Numbered from the stretch's first letter, positions 9,576 through 17,054 are shown. The stretch: 20,000 bases of DNA from an uncultured virus (IMG/VR IMGVR_UViG_3300025127_000021) (IMGVR_UViG_3300025127_000021); one strand, 5' to 3'. The notes: generated from the sequence alone by a model not told the origin. Numbers and translations: made by a program.

Positions 9576-11613
9576 GAAAAATATAACAAAAAACACTAGC
9601 TTAAGAGAAGTAGGCTCTGACCGTGGTGTAACCTTGCGGCCCATGGGAGATAGAAAATATCATTTTTCTTCTTTAGAGTCGCCGGATAACTTTGACTTTT
9701 TAGGTATAACAGTCATGGAAAAGTATAAATTAAATTCTAGTGAATACTCTAGTTTGACACCCGGCCAAAAAGAAACTTTATTAAGCAACATAACATCTGA
9801 TAATCTTCGTGAATACACTTATTCTTTTAAGTTGCAAATACCAATGGTCGAGAAGGAGTCTGCTTCAAATAATTCAAATATTAAAATGTCAAACTATTCT
9901 TTGTCTCCATTTTACAATTATTATGCAAAACAATACGAAGACATCATGACAGATTTTTCAAGCATGAACGCTCCAAATTGCTATGTAGCTATGAGAAATG
10001 GAATAATAGATCAAGACTCCACTAAGCGTCACTTTTCGAATAAAAGAATTAGTACGAAATTATTTAAAAAAATTATTTCTAAAAACACTGGTAGGTTTTT
10101 TCCACAAGACCGAGCTTTTATTAATGCCACTAGGAACATGATGTTTAATAGAAATTATAATCCCGCTGTCGCTTCTTATATAAAGCATTTTCCTTTTGGC
10201 ATGAGGCTTTCTTTTGACCACTATCATCAAAATGAAGAATTCATCAAGACGTTTACAAAGCTTGATATGTTGGGCGCAATAATGTCAAACTATGAATCTG
10301 TTGATAAATTTAAGATCAAAATGATGGTTGAAATTCCGGGAGAAGAAGACCAACAAGAAGTAATGTATCATGCAGTTGATCTTTTAAAGTTGTTTACCTC
10401 ATCGCCACTTATGCAACAAAAATATGACAATCAGTATATTGTCAGCGACACTAAACCTCATTCAAAATATGGAGATATTTTAAGATCTGGTCTTTTGAAA
10501 GCTTTTATGGGCGAGGCGATAAAAAATTTATCAACATCTTATCATGATTACATGAGTTCAAAAGAAACATATTCTGAAGTTTTGTTTTATAAAATTGATA
10601 AATACTTGGGAAACAATGCCGCTGGCCAACCGGTGCAAACAATTTACATTCCAGCAGACAACATGTATGCCTCATATTATGACACTCAAGTTCGTTATGG
10701 AGAGTCATACACTTATTCTGCTAAAGCGGTGATGGTTTGTATTGGAAATATGTTTACCCTAAGTGAAGAAAAAATGATGGATGACTCTGCCGAAATCACC
10801 ATAGAAAATAGACCTCAAGTTTTGCTAGTGGAAGTGCCACTGTTTGAGGAGGCATCCATTATGAGTGCAACTCCTCCGCTTGTTCCTTTTGTGGATTTTT
10901 ATACAAAAAACGATTCTCACAACGAAATCAACATTCGAATGAATATGCCTGTTGGAATACGTTATGACAATTTTATACAATTTGAAGATTCAGACATACT
11001 TCAGATAGACATGATGAACAAACCAAAAGGATCAGATCTGTATATATATGGTTACCACTCCATAGCAAAGATGAAGTATGATGTTTATAGGCTTCATAAG
11101 CCACCTTCTTCATACGAGGATTTTAAAAATCAAAGATATCTTGAAGGTGTTGAGGCAAATATAAAAGACGTTTTAAACTTCACAGACAGGGTGCGGCCGA
11201 ACCAAAAATACTATTATATGTTCAGAGCCGTTAATCAATATGGAATGAAATCAAATCCAACACCTATTTATTGTGTAGAGTTATTAAAAGATTCAGATAA
11301 TTCAAAGATAATGGTTGATACTTATGAGTTCCCCGAGCAAAAAGTTTCTCAACAAAATATTATGATGAAGCGGCTAATGCAAATAATACCAGCACCTCAG
11401 CATACAATATTTGATTCGGAGAATATCATGACGCAACTATCTGGACAAACATTTAATAACAGTTTGGACAGATTAAAATATGGGATTGCCGAAAAACCGA
11501 TTTGGGGACGAAAATTTAAAATTAGAGTGACATCTAACGATACAGGCAGAAAAATAGATATTAATGTTCTTTTTAATCTAATTAAAAAGAAAGCAAATGA
11601 AGATTTGAATTAA
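9565..11613 (+). CDS. Putative virion protein (682 aa) with two FN3/Ig-like segments
   Basis: GTG start overlapping the upstream gene end, with purine-rich AGGGGGA upstream (alternative ATG at 9643). Contains FYKIDK...YYDTQVRYGESYTYSAKA and YDVYR...FTDRVRPNQKYYYMFRAVNQYGMKSNPT, both resembling the fibronectin type III C-terminal strand pattern. Confidence 0.55.
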   Translation: MVIKKNITKNTSLREVGSDRGVTLRPMGDRKYHFSSLESPDNFDFLGITVMEKYKLNSSEYSSLTPGQKETLLSNITSDNLREYTYSFKLQIPMVEKESASNNSNIKMSNYSLSPFYNYYAKQYEDIMTDFSSMNAPNCYVAMRNGIIDQDSTKRHFSNKRISTKLFKKIISKNTGRFFPQDRAFINATRNMMFNRNYNPAVASYIKHFPFGMRLSFDHYHQNEEFIKTFTKLDMLGAIMSNYESVDKFKIKMMVEIPGEEDQQEVMYHAVDLLKLFTSSPLMQQKYDNQYIVSDTKPHSKYGDILRSGLLKAFMGEAIKNLSTSYHDYMSSKETYSEVLFYKIDKYLGNNAAGQPVQTIYIPADNMYASYYDTQVRYGESYTYSAKAVMVCIGNMFTLSEEKMMDDSAEITIENRPQVLLVEVPLFEEASIMSATPPLVPFVDFYTKNDSHNEINIRMNMPVGIRYDNFIQFEDSDILQIDMMNKPKGSDLYIYGYHSIAKMKYDVYRLHKPPSSYEDFKNQRYLEGVEANIKDVLNFTDRVRPNQKYYYMFRAVNQYGMKSNPTPIYCVELLKDSDNSKIMVDTYEFPEQKVSQQNIMMKRLMQIIPAPQHTIFDSENIMTQLSGQTFNNSLDRLKYGIAEKPIWGRKFKIRVTSNDTGRKIDINVLFNLIKKKANEDLN

Positions 11614-11615
11614 AT

Positions 11616-11640
11616 ACTAATTATATAAAAAATATGGGAG
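11616..11640 (+). promoter_or_regulatory. Putative phage late-promoter motif ACTAATTATA plus GGAG RBS
   Basis: ACTAATTATA at 11616-11625 in the 34-bp gap before 11648; near-identical ACTATTTATA at 15546-15555 before 15575; GGAG at 11637-11640. Confidence 0.5.
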
Positions 11641-11647
11641 TTTACTA

Positions 11648-12607
11648 ATGGCCTTTTTAGATAACAGTGGAGACATCATACTTGATGCGGTTTTAACCGA
11701 TCACGGAAGAAAACTTTTGGCCGAAGGCGACGGAAGTTTTGAGATTACACAATTTGCTTTAGCGGATGATGAGATAGACTATTCTTTGTACGATATCAAC
11801 CACGCCAGTGGTTCTGCTTACTATGATTTGGAAATCTTACAAACACCAATTCTTGAAGCTTTTACAAACAATGCATCATCAATGAAGAGTCACCTAGTGA
11901 CATATGACAACCTAGAACTTTTGTTTTTGCCAATTATAAAGTTAAATGAAAACAATGCTAACACTGCTATGCTTGGCACTTCTGGCTCATTTTATGTCGC
12001 AGCCGATGCGTTTACCGAAGATGACGACGAGGGTACAACTACAAATGGTGTAGTCCCTAGTCACTCCACTGGTCAAGATATCACCGGCTTCCTTCGAGGG
12101 GAGACTTTAAAGGGTCAAAACCATATCCGACTCGATCAAGGGCTTGATACCAATGAGATATCACCAAGACAAGGGATTGGTAATATGATCGAGAATGACT
12201 ATATCATCCAGATCGACAATCGTTTGGGGCATATCACCACCACAAATGGCGAAACCCTTACTGAAGATTATGTTGATGATGATCATATTGCGTATTACAC
12301 AGTGTCATTGAGCGATCTTACAAATAGAGTTGTATTTTTGGTAGATGATAATACTAACTCAACACAAAATACAATCCAAGGCCCTCGTGGCACAAAAGTA
12401 GAATTTAAAATTCGCACCTCAATGGACTTACAGACCAGCACATTCTTGTTTGAGCGTCTAGGTGGAGAGCAGGTGTTGAGAAACAGAACCCCCGGCGGCT
12501 CTGGAACTTCAACTTGTTATTATATTGACACAATCATTCGAGTAACAGGTGTTAAAACTGGCCAGTCTATTGACGTACCGGTTCGTTTTGTAAAATTTAA
12601 ATCATAA
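11648..12607 (+). CDS. Putative virion structural protein (319 aa), tail-collar/baseplate-like N-terminus
   Basis: Good RBS. MAFLDNSGDIILDAVLTDHGRKLLAEG..FEITQFALADDEIDY resembles the 'LTxxG...hTxhAhGD' start of DUF3751/P2 gpH-type tail-collar fibre domains (judged by eye). Confidence 0.6.
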   Translation: MAFLDNSGDIILDAVLTDHGRKLLAEGDGSFEITQFALADDEIDYSLYDINHASGSAYYDLEILQTPILEAFTNNASSMKSHLVTYDNLELLFLPIIKLNENNANTAMLGTSGSFYVAADAFTEDDDEGTTTNGVVPSHSTGQDITGFLRGETLKGQNHIRLDQGLDTNEISPRQGIGNMIENDYIIQIDNRLGHITTTNGETLTEDYVDDDHIAYYTVSLSDLTNRVVFLVDDNTNSTQNTIQGPRGTKVEFKIRTSMDLQTSTFLFERLGGEQVLRNRTPGGSGTSTCYYIDTIIRVTGVKTGQSIDVPVRFVKFKS

Positions 12608-12622
12608 CATAGGAAATAAATA

Positions 12623-13744
12623 ATGGCTGATTCATCATATAAAGTTCTTGGCGAGAACGATAGAGTAACCACAAGAACACTTTTGCACGAAGCAATTCCA
12701 ATCACAGGAACAATTGTAAGCGGAACATACTCAGATTTAAATATTAAAGATTTTTCTCATGGCATGTTCCAAAGTGTCTATGACTATCCTTATCTTTCTT
12801 CTTCTGCAAATCATATTTTCGACATTACAGTTGGGATATCTTCACAATCACAGATTGGAACTATCACTAGTCAAAAATCAAAAAAGAACAATATTTATAA
12901 CCAAATGGCTCAAGTGCTTGTTGGGTATGATAAGACAGGTTCTGTATTGCAGTTTGATGAAGATGGTGACTTTGTAGCCGGAGGTCGTAAGATTCATGAT
13001 GCCATTTTTCTTAATTTCTCTCGCTTGTTAACAAAGGATGAGATCAAAAAAGAAACTTTTAAAATGGAAATTGGAACTAATGATGCTTTCAATGCGCCAA
13101 TGACCAGTGAGAGGGTTTTGATTCAAGATTTGTCTGCATCGAATGAGTATCGAGTGAATTCTCCTGCTGGAGAGTACGGTATCCTATACGCCACTTCAAG
13201 TCTTCTGCCTGCTGGTTTTAATCCACCCACTGCTAAGCAAGTGACAATTAGTGGAAAAAAATATGCAAAATGCGGCCTTATCTATTATCAGGCTGGAATC
13301 GTTGTTTTGACCTCCTCTTTGTTCCAAGGGACTTCGACTGGTGGCTTTGTTAACACCAGTAATAACACCCCTCATGGGCCCGATTGGTTTGACACATCTA
13401 ATTCAATAACAACAGCACTGAAGGGCGAAGAGATTTCTGGATCTGCAAATGCTTTGAGAAGAAGAATCTATAATATTCAGTTCAACAACACAACAGAACT
13501 TAACTCTACAATTTACTTCTGTCGAGCGAACCACAACGAGTTTAATTATTCTGCTAACCCAACCTACTTGAAGTCATCAAAAATCAGAGTAAAAAATGAA
13601 ACATCTGACGTGCCTGTTTCTTATATTACAACTATAGGCCTATACAACGACAGAAGAGAGTTGCTGGCGGTTGCAAAATTGAGCGAGCCTTTAAAAAAAT
13701 CACCTGATACAGAGTTTACTTTGAGGGTGCGTCTGGACTATTAG
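12623..13744 (+). CDS. Putative baseplate/tail structural protein (373 aa); paralog of 13747..14973
   Basis: AGGA RBS. C-terminus FCRANHNEFNYSANPTY...YITTIGLYNDRRELLAVAKLSEPLKK...FTLRVRLDY aligns with the next gene and resembles the 'IxEhGLyD..G.LhAhA' end of tail-collar/baseplate domains. Confidence 0.6.
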   Translation: MADSSYKVLGENDRVTTRTLLHEAIPITGTIVSGTYSDLNIKDFSHGMFQSVYDYPYLSSSANHIFDITVGISSQSQIGTITSQKSKKNNIYNQMAQVLVGYDKTGSVLQFDEDGDFVAGGRKIHDAIFLNFSRLLTKDEIKKETFKMEIGTNDAFNAPMTSERVLIQDLSASNEYRVNSPAGEYGILYATSSLLPAGFNPPTAKQVTISGKKYAKCGLIYYQAGIVVLTSSLFQGTSTGGFVNTSNNTPHGPDWFDTSNSITTALKGEEISGSANALRRRIYNIQFNNTTELNSTIYFCRANHNEFNYSANPTYLKSSKIRVKNETSDVPVSYITTIGLYNDRRELLAVAKLSEPLKKSPDTEFTLRVRLDY

Positions 13745-13746
13745 CA

Positions 13747-14973
13747 ATGTCTTTTTACAAATTTCATGACGATGATTTGTTTGTAAATACAATACAAGCG
13801 GAACCAAACTATAGCTTTTATATCTATAGTGGTTCCATTTATATTGATAATCTTCCGCACATGACCGAAACCAAAGCTGGTAACTCAAATGCAAATATTC
13901 ATGGTGTGCCCAATGGTTTTATAAGTTTGTATGGTTACAACATCGACAGAAAAGACGGAGAGAGAATTTACCCGTTTGTTTACAAGGATGGCAAAAGGAA
14001 CTCCTTTAAAACAATAAGTAAAAAAGACTATGACACTCAGTATGTTGCCGGTGATCAAGTCACCTCATCGTACAATATGTCGGCATCAATCTCTAGAGAA
14101 TATTATAATTCGCTTGGCTTTACAAACCGAAAAAGAGTTTATGCCCTCCAGAATACTTTGAATCATTACAGCTATATGTCTCCACATTATGTTGTTAGTT
14201 CTTCGCTTGGAAACAAATTAACGCAAAATCTTAATTTGATTTCAATTCCATCTATATTCTATGGATCCGAAATCAAGCGTGGCTCGGTCAAGTTAAACTT
14301 TTATATCTCCGGGTCTTTGATTGGAAGATTGACAGATAGCAGAAGAAACGGAGAGTTGGTGCAAGAAAGTGGCTCTAATCCCGTCAATGACGGAAAGGTT
14401 GCTGGTGTTGTTTTATATAAGGAAGGTTTCATTATTCTCTCCGGATCTTGGAACATAAGCAACAACAACACACGGAATTATAGCTACGGCCACAATCCTA
14501 CAATATCTGATAAGCCAAAGTGGATATATTGGGGAGCAGGCGCAAATGATGGCAACTCTGGAATGTTTAGCGGCAATCCAAGTCTAACACAGCATGCTGT
14601 TTCTTCTTCGTTTCTTATGGAATATGTTGGAAACAACAAAACACAAACTTTGACTATGTTAGCGCATGCTCCATACAATCACCTAAACCACTCAAACAAT
14701 CCAACCTTTTTATCTTCCTCAGCCGAGAACATGTTGAAAATAAAGTCTGCTCAAACAGGAGGCTATCAGTATGTTGAATCTCCACCGTTAATTAAAAATG
14801 TTGTCTCCGCATCCTACACAGATCAGGTCCCGCCCTTTGAAAAAACAACATACATTACAAAGATTGCTGTCTATGACGAACATAAGAACCTTATTGGTGT
14901 GGCAAAATTAGCAAAGCCCGTAAGAAAAACCGAAGATAATAATTTTACTTTTAAAATAAAACTTGACATTTAA
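13747..14973 (+). CDS. Putative baseplate/tail structural protein (408 aa); paralog of 12623..13744
   Basis: Starts 2 bp after the upstream stop. Shares EIKxxxhKh, GhhhYxxGhhhLxxS, NxSxNPTxL and YITxIxhYxxxxxLhxVAKLxxPhxK...FThxhxLDx blocks with the upstream gene. Confidence 0.6.
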   Translation: MSFYKFHDDDLFVNTIQAEPNYSFYIYSGSIYIDNLPHMTETKAGNSNANIHGVPNGFISLYGYNIDRKDGERIYPFVYKDGKRNSFKTISKKDYDTQYVAGDQVTSSYNMSASISREYYNSLGFTNRKRVYALQNTLNHYSYMSPHYVVSSSLGNKLTQNLNLISIPSIFYGSEIKRGSVKLNFYISGSLIGRLTDSRRNGELVQESGSNPVNDGKVAGVVLYKEGFIILSGSWNISNNNTRNYSYGHNPTISDKPKWIYWGAGANDGNSGMFSGNPSLTQHAVSSSFLMEYVGNNKTQTLTMLAHAPYNHLNHSNNPTFLSSSAENMLKIKSAQTGGYQYVESPPLIKNVVSASYTDQVPPFEKTTYITKIAVYDEHKNLIGVAKLAKPVRKTEDNNFTFKIKLDI

Positions 14974-14991
14974 CTTATTGTATGTTATAAT
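14963..14991 (+). promoter_or_regulatory. Consensus sigma70-type promoter with extended -10; predicted leaderless transcript of the resolvase
   Basis: TTGACA 14963-14968, 17-bp spacer ending TGT, TATAAT 14986-14991; ATG at 14998 follows after 6 nt; no SD. Confidence 0.85.
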
Positions 14992-14997
14992 ATAGAG

Positions 14998-15546
14998 ATG
15001 ATAGATGTAGTACTAGGCCTCGATGTAAGTTCATCCAAAGTCGGCCTCGCAATAATAGACTTGAATCAAAACTTATTGGAATACAAACTTATCAAGTTTG
15101 ACTCAAAGAAACCTCTTGAGGATAGATGTCGCTCATTAGAGCATGTTGTGGCATCTTATGATGCCAACCAATACATCAATCCAAAGAACAAGTACAATAT
15201 TACAAAAGTGTATATTGAGGCACCGTTTATGATGTTCTCGGGTGGCAAGACGACTGCCATGACCATGAGCAAGCTGCAAAGGTTTAACGGCATGGTATCT
15301 TATATGGTCAGTCGTGTATTTGGTCAAAATGCTGAATTAATTGCCGCCAACAAAGCCCGAGGCTTAATTGGTTTGAAGATCAAAAGAGGCGAAGACACAA
15401 AGAAAAAAATTATTGAATGGGTCTCGACCAAGTATCCCAAACAGTTTATTGTTGAAATGACAAGATACGGAAATCCCAAACCGGGCACTGATGACATGGC
15501 CGATGCAATTGTTGTAGCATTAGCAGGATTAAACTTAAAAGAATAA
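14998..15546 (+). CDS. RuvC-like Holliday junction resolvase (RNase H fold)
   Basis: Catalytic motifs VLGLDVSSSKVGLAII (Asp9), VYIEAP (Glu) and C-terminal DDMADAIVVA (two Asp); 182 aa fits RuvC size. Confidence 0.88.
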   Translation: MIDVVLGLDVSSSKVGLAIIDLNQNLLEYKLIKFDSKKPLEDRCRSLEHVVASYDANQYINPKNKYNITKVYIEAPFMMFSGGKTTAMTMSKLQRFNGMVSYMVSRVFGQNAELIAANKARGLIGLKIKRGEDTKKKIIEWVSTKYPKQFIVEMTRYGNPKPGTDDMADAIVVALAGLNLKE

Positions 15547-15568
15547 CTATTTATAGTTAAAATGAGGA
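15546..15568 (+). promoter_or_regulatory. Putative phage late-promoter motif ACTATTTATA plus GAGGA RBS
   Basis: ACTATTTATA at 15546-15555, GAGGA at 15564-15568, then TTTACTATG; same architecture as 11616-11650. Confidence 0.5.
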
Positions 15569-15574
15569 TTTACT

Positions 15575-16084
15575 ATGAATAACCAAAAGCTTATTATGGA
15601 AACATGGCGTCGATATTTGCAAGAGAATAGAGTTGATGAAGTTGAAGAACTAGACGAGGGCATGCGAGAAAAATTCTTTGGTGCCTTGATCGGGCTTCTT
15701 GCCCTTGGTTCATCTGCCGATGTTGCAGCAGCAACACTCAATCTTGGCGGCGGCGATACTATAACTGTTCAACAAGCGGCCAAGGGATTAAAGGCAAAAG
15801 GCGGCGATCAAGCTGCCAAGACAGCAAAAGATCTTGCGGACATTTTGTCAATGGATCCTCCTGATAACAATAAAAACAATATGATTGATGTTACGGATGC
15901 CGGCGAAGTTGGAGCAAGAACACTAGACAACACACAGATTGACTTACTTAAGAGTTTAAAAGGCGGAGAAACTTCACCGACCTCTGGATCAAAACCTATG
16001 TCTCAAAAAGACATTCGCACAAAAATAAACAAAGGCGGCCCCGGAAAATCCGGACAATTGGATTTTGTTAAAGAAAATACTTGA
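15575..16084 (+). CDS. Hypothetical 169-aa protein; candidate capsid-internal/ejected protein with cleavable leader and hydrophobic helix
   Basis: RBS present. N-terminus MNNQKLIMETWRRYLQE...VEELDE|G, then MREKFFGALIGLLALGSSADVAAA (signal-peptide-like), and an EF-hand/dockerin-like loop DNNKNNMIDVTD. ORF is secure, function is inferred. Confidence 0.6.
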   Translation: MNNQKLIMETWRRYLQENRVDEVEELDEGMREKFFGALIGLLALGSSADVAAATLNLGGGDTITVQQAAKGLKAKGGDQAAKTAKDLADILSMDPPDNNKNNMIDVTDAGEVGARTLDNTQIDLLKSLKGGETSPTSGSKPMSQKDIRTKINKGGPGKSGQLDFVKENT

Positions 16085-16109
16085 CAAAGTGTAGTGATCA
16101 TGTTATAAT
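16081..16109 (+). promoter_or_regulatory. Consensus sigma70-type promoter with extended -10; predicted leaderless transcript of primase-Smr-SbcDC
   Basis: TTGACA 16081-16086 (contains the TGA stop of the upstream gene), 17-bp spacer ending TGT, TATAAT 16104-16109; ATG at 16116 follows after 6 nt; no SD. Confidence 0.85.
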
Positions 16110-16115
16110 ATATAC

Positions 16116-17054
16116 ATGACAGAAAAACAATCAATTATTAACAACATTCTAGGCGGATATAAAAGGGTTAGTGGCGAATGCCTCTATCACTGTCCGTATT
16201 GTGGACATCACAAGAAAAAGATGTCAATTAACTTTGCGAAAAATGCATTTAAATGTTGGATCTGCGATGAGCGTGGCAAAAACATTTATCGAATCGTTCG
16301 TAAGTTTGGTACCTTTCAACAACGGCAAAGATGGTTGGAATTAGATGGTCGCTTGGATTTATCCGAGTTTGACAAGTTGTTCATGGCTCTCAATGACCAG
16401 AAGATCGAGCCTACAACCGAACTTCCACCCGAATTTATTTCTCTTTGCAATACCCATCTTCCTCGTTCTTCTCAAAGACCACTTCAGTATCTCCATGAGA
16501 GAGGTCTTACACAGAAGGACATTTTTAATTGGAAGATTGGGTACTGCCCAGAGGGAGAGTACGGTGGTCGCATCATCATCCCATCTTTCAATAATAACGG
16601 AGACATAAATTACTATATAGCAAGATCTTATGTGGGTCACAGTTGGAAATATAAAAATCCACCTGCCAGTAAGAACGTGATCTTTAATGAGTTATCCATA
16701 GATTGGGATGAGTCAGTAGTGCTTGTCGAGGGTGTGTTTGATGCAATCGTTGCAGGTACGAACGCCATCCCGATCCTTGGATCAACTCTCAGAGATAACA
16801 CAAAACTATTTCAAGCTATTGTTCTCAACGATAGCCCAGTGTATCTTGCTTTGGATTCTGATGCTGATAAGAAGCTCAGCTATATAGTTAAAAATTTATT
16901 GAAATATGACATAGAGGCTTACAAAATAGACACCTCCGGTATAGAGGATGTCGGTTCGATAACAAAAACGCAGTATGACGTTTTGCAGCAACAAGCCGAA
17001 CCAATTTCATTTGATGATTTTTTTCTCATGGATGAATTACGAAGGGTTATGTAG
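16116..17054 (+). CDS. Phage DNA primase (DnaG-type: Zn-binding domain + TOPRIM)
   Basis: Zn ribbon CPYC...FKCWIC; YLHERGL; GRIIIPSF...YYIARS...KYKNP; TOPRIM motifs LVEGVFDAI, AIPILGS and YLALDSDA. Confidence 0.92.
   Translation: MTEKQSIINNILGGYKRVSGECLYHCPYCGHHKKKMSINFAKNAFKCWICDERGKNIYRIVRKFGTFQQRQRWLELDGRLDLSEFDKLFMALNDQKIEPTTELPPEFISLCNTHLPRSSQRPLQYLHERGLTQKDIFNWKIGYCPEGEYGGRIIIPSFNNNGDINYYIARSYVGHSWKYKNPPASKNVIFNELSIDWDESVVLVEGVFDAIVAGTNAIPILGSTLRDNTKLFQAIVLNDSPVYLALDSDADKKLSYIVKNLLKYDIEAYKIDTSGIEDVGSITKTQYDVLQQQAEPISFDDFFLMDELRRVM

Noticed and set aside
6387..11613. Visibly more AT-rich stretch as a possible horizontally acquired island
   Set aside because: Not quantified; explainable by Lys/Ile/Asn-rich proteins. 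The genes are translationally coupled to neighbours and one shares a motif with the flanking gene; no boundary repeats were seen.
14998..15546. RuvC domain as a possible TnpB/Cas12-like or transposase nuclease
   Set aside because: Only 182 aa with a contiguous RuvC motif set, no Zn finger or REC/WED region, and no flanking array, ncRNA space or IS ends; context fits a Holliday junction resolvase.
16041..16066. Short inverted repeats (CCGGA-AAA-TCCGG; AAAATCC...GGATTTT) as a terminator before the primase promoter
   Set aside because: Stems are only 5-7 bp, lie inside coding sequence and lack a proper U-tract; likely chance.
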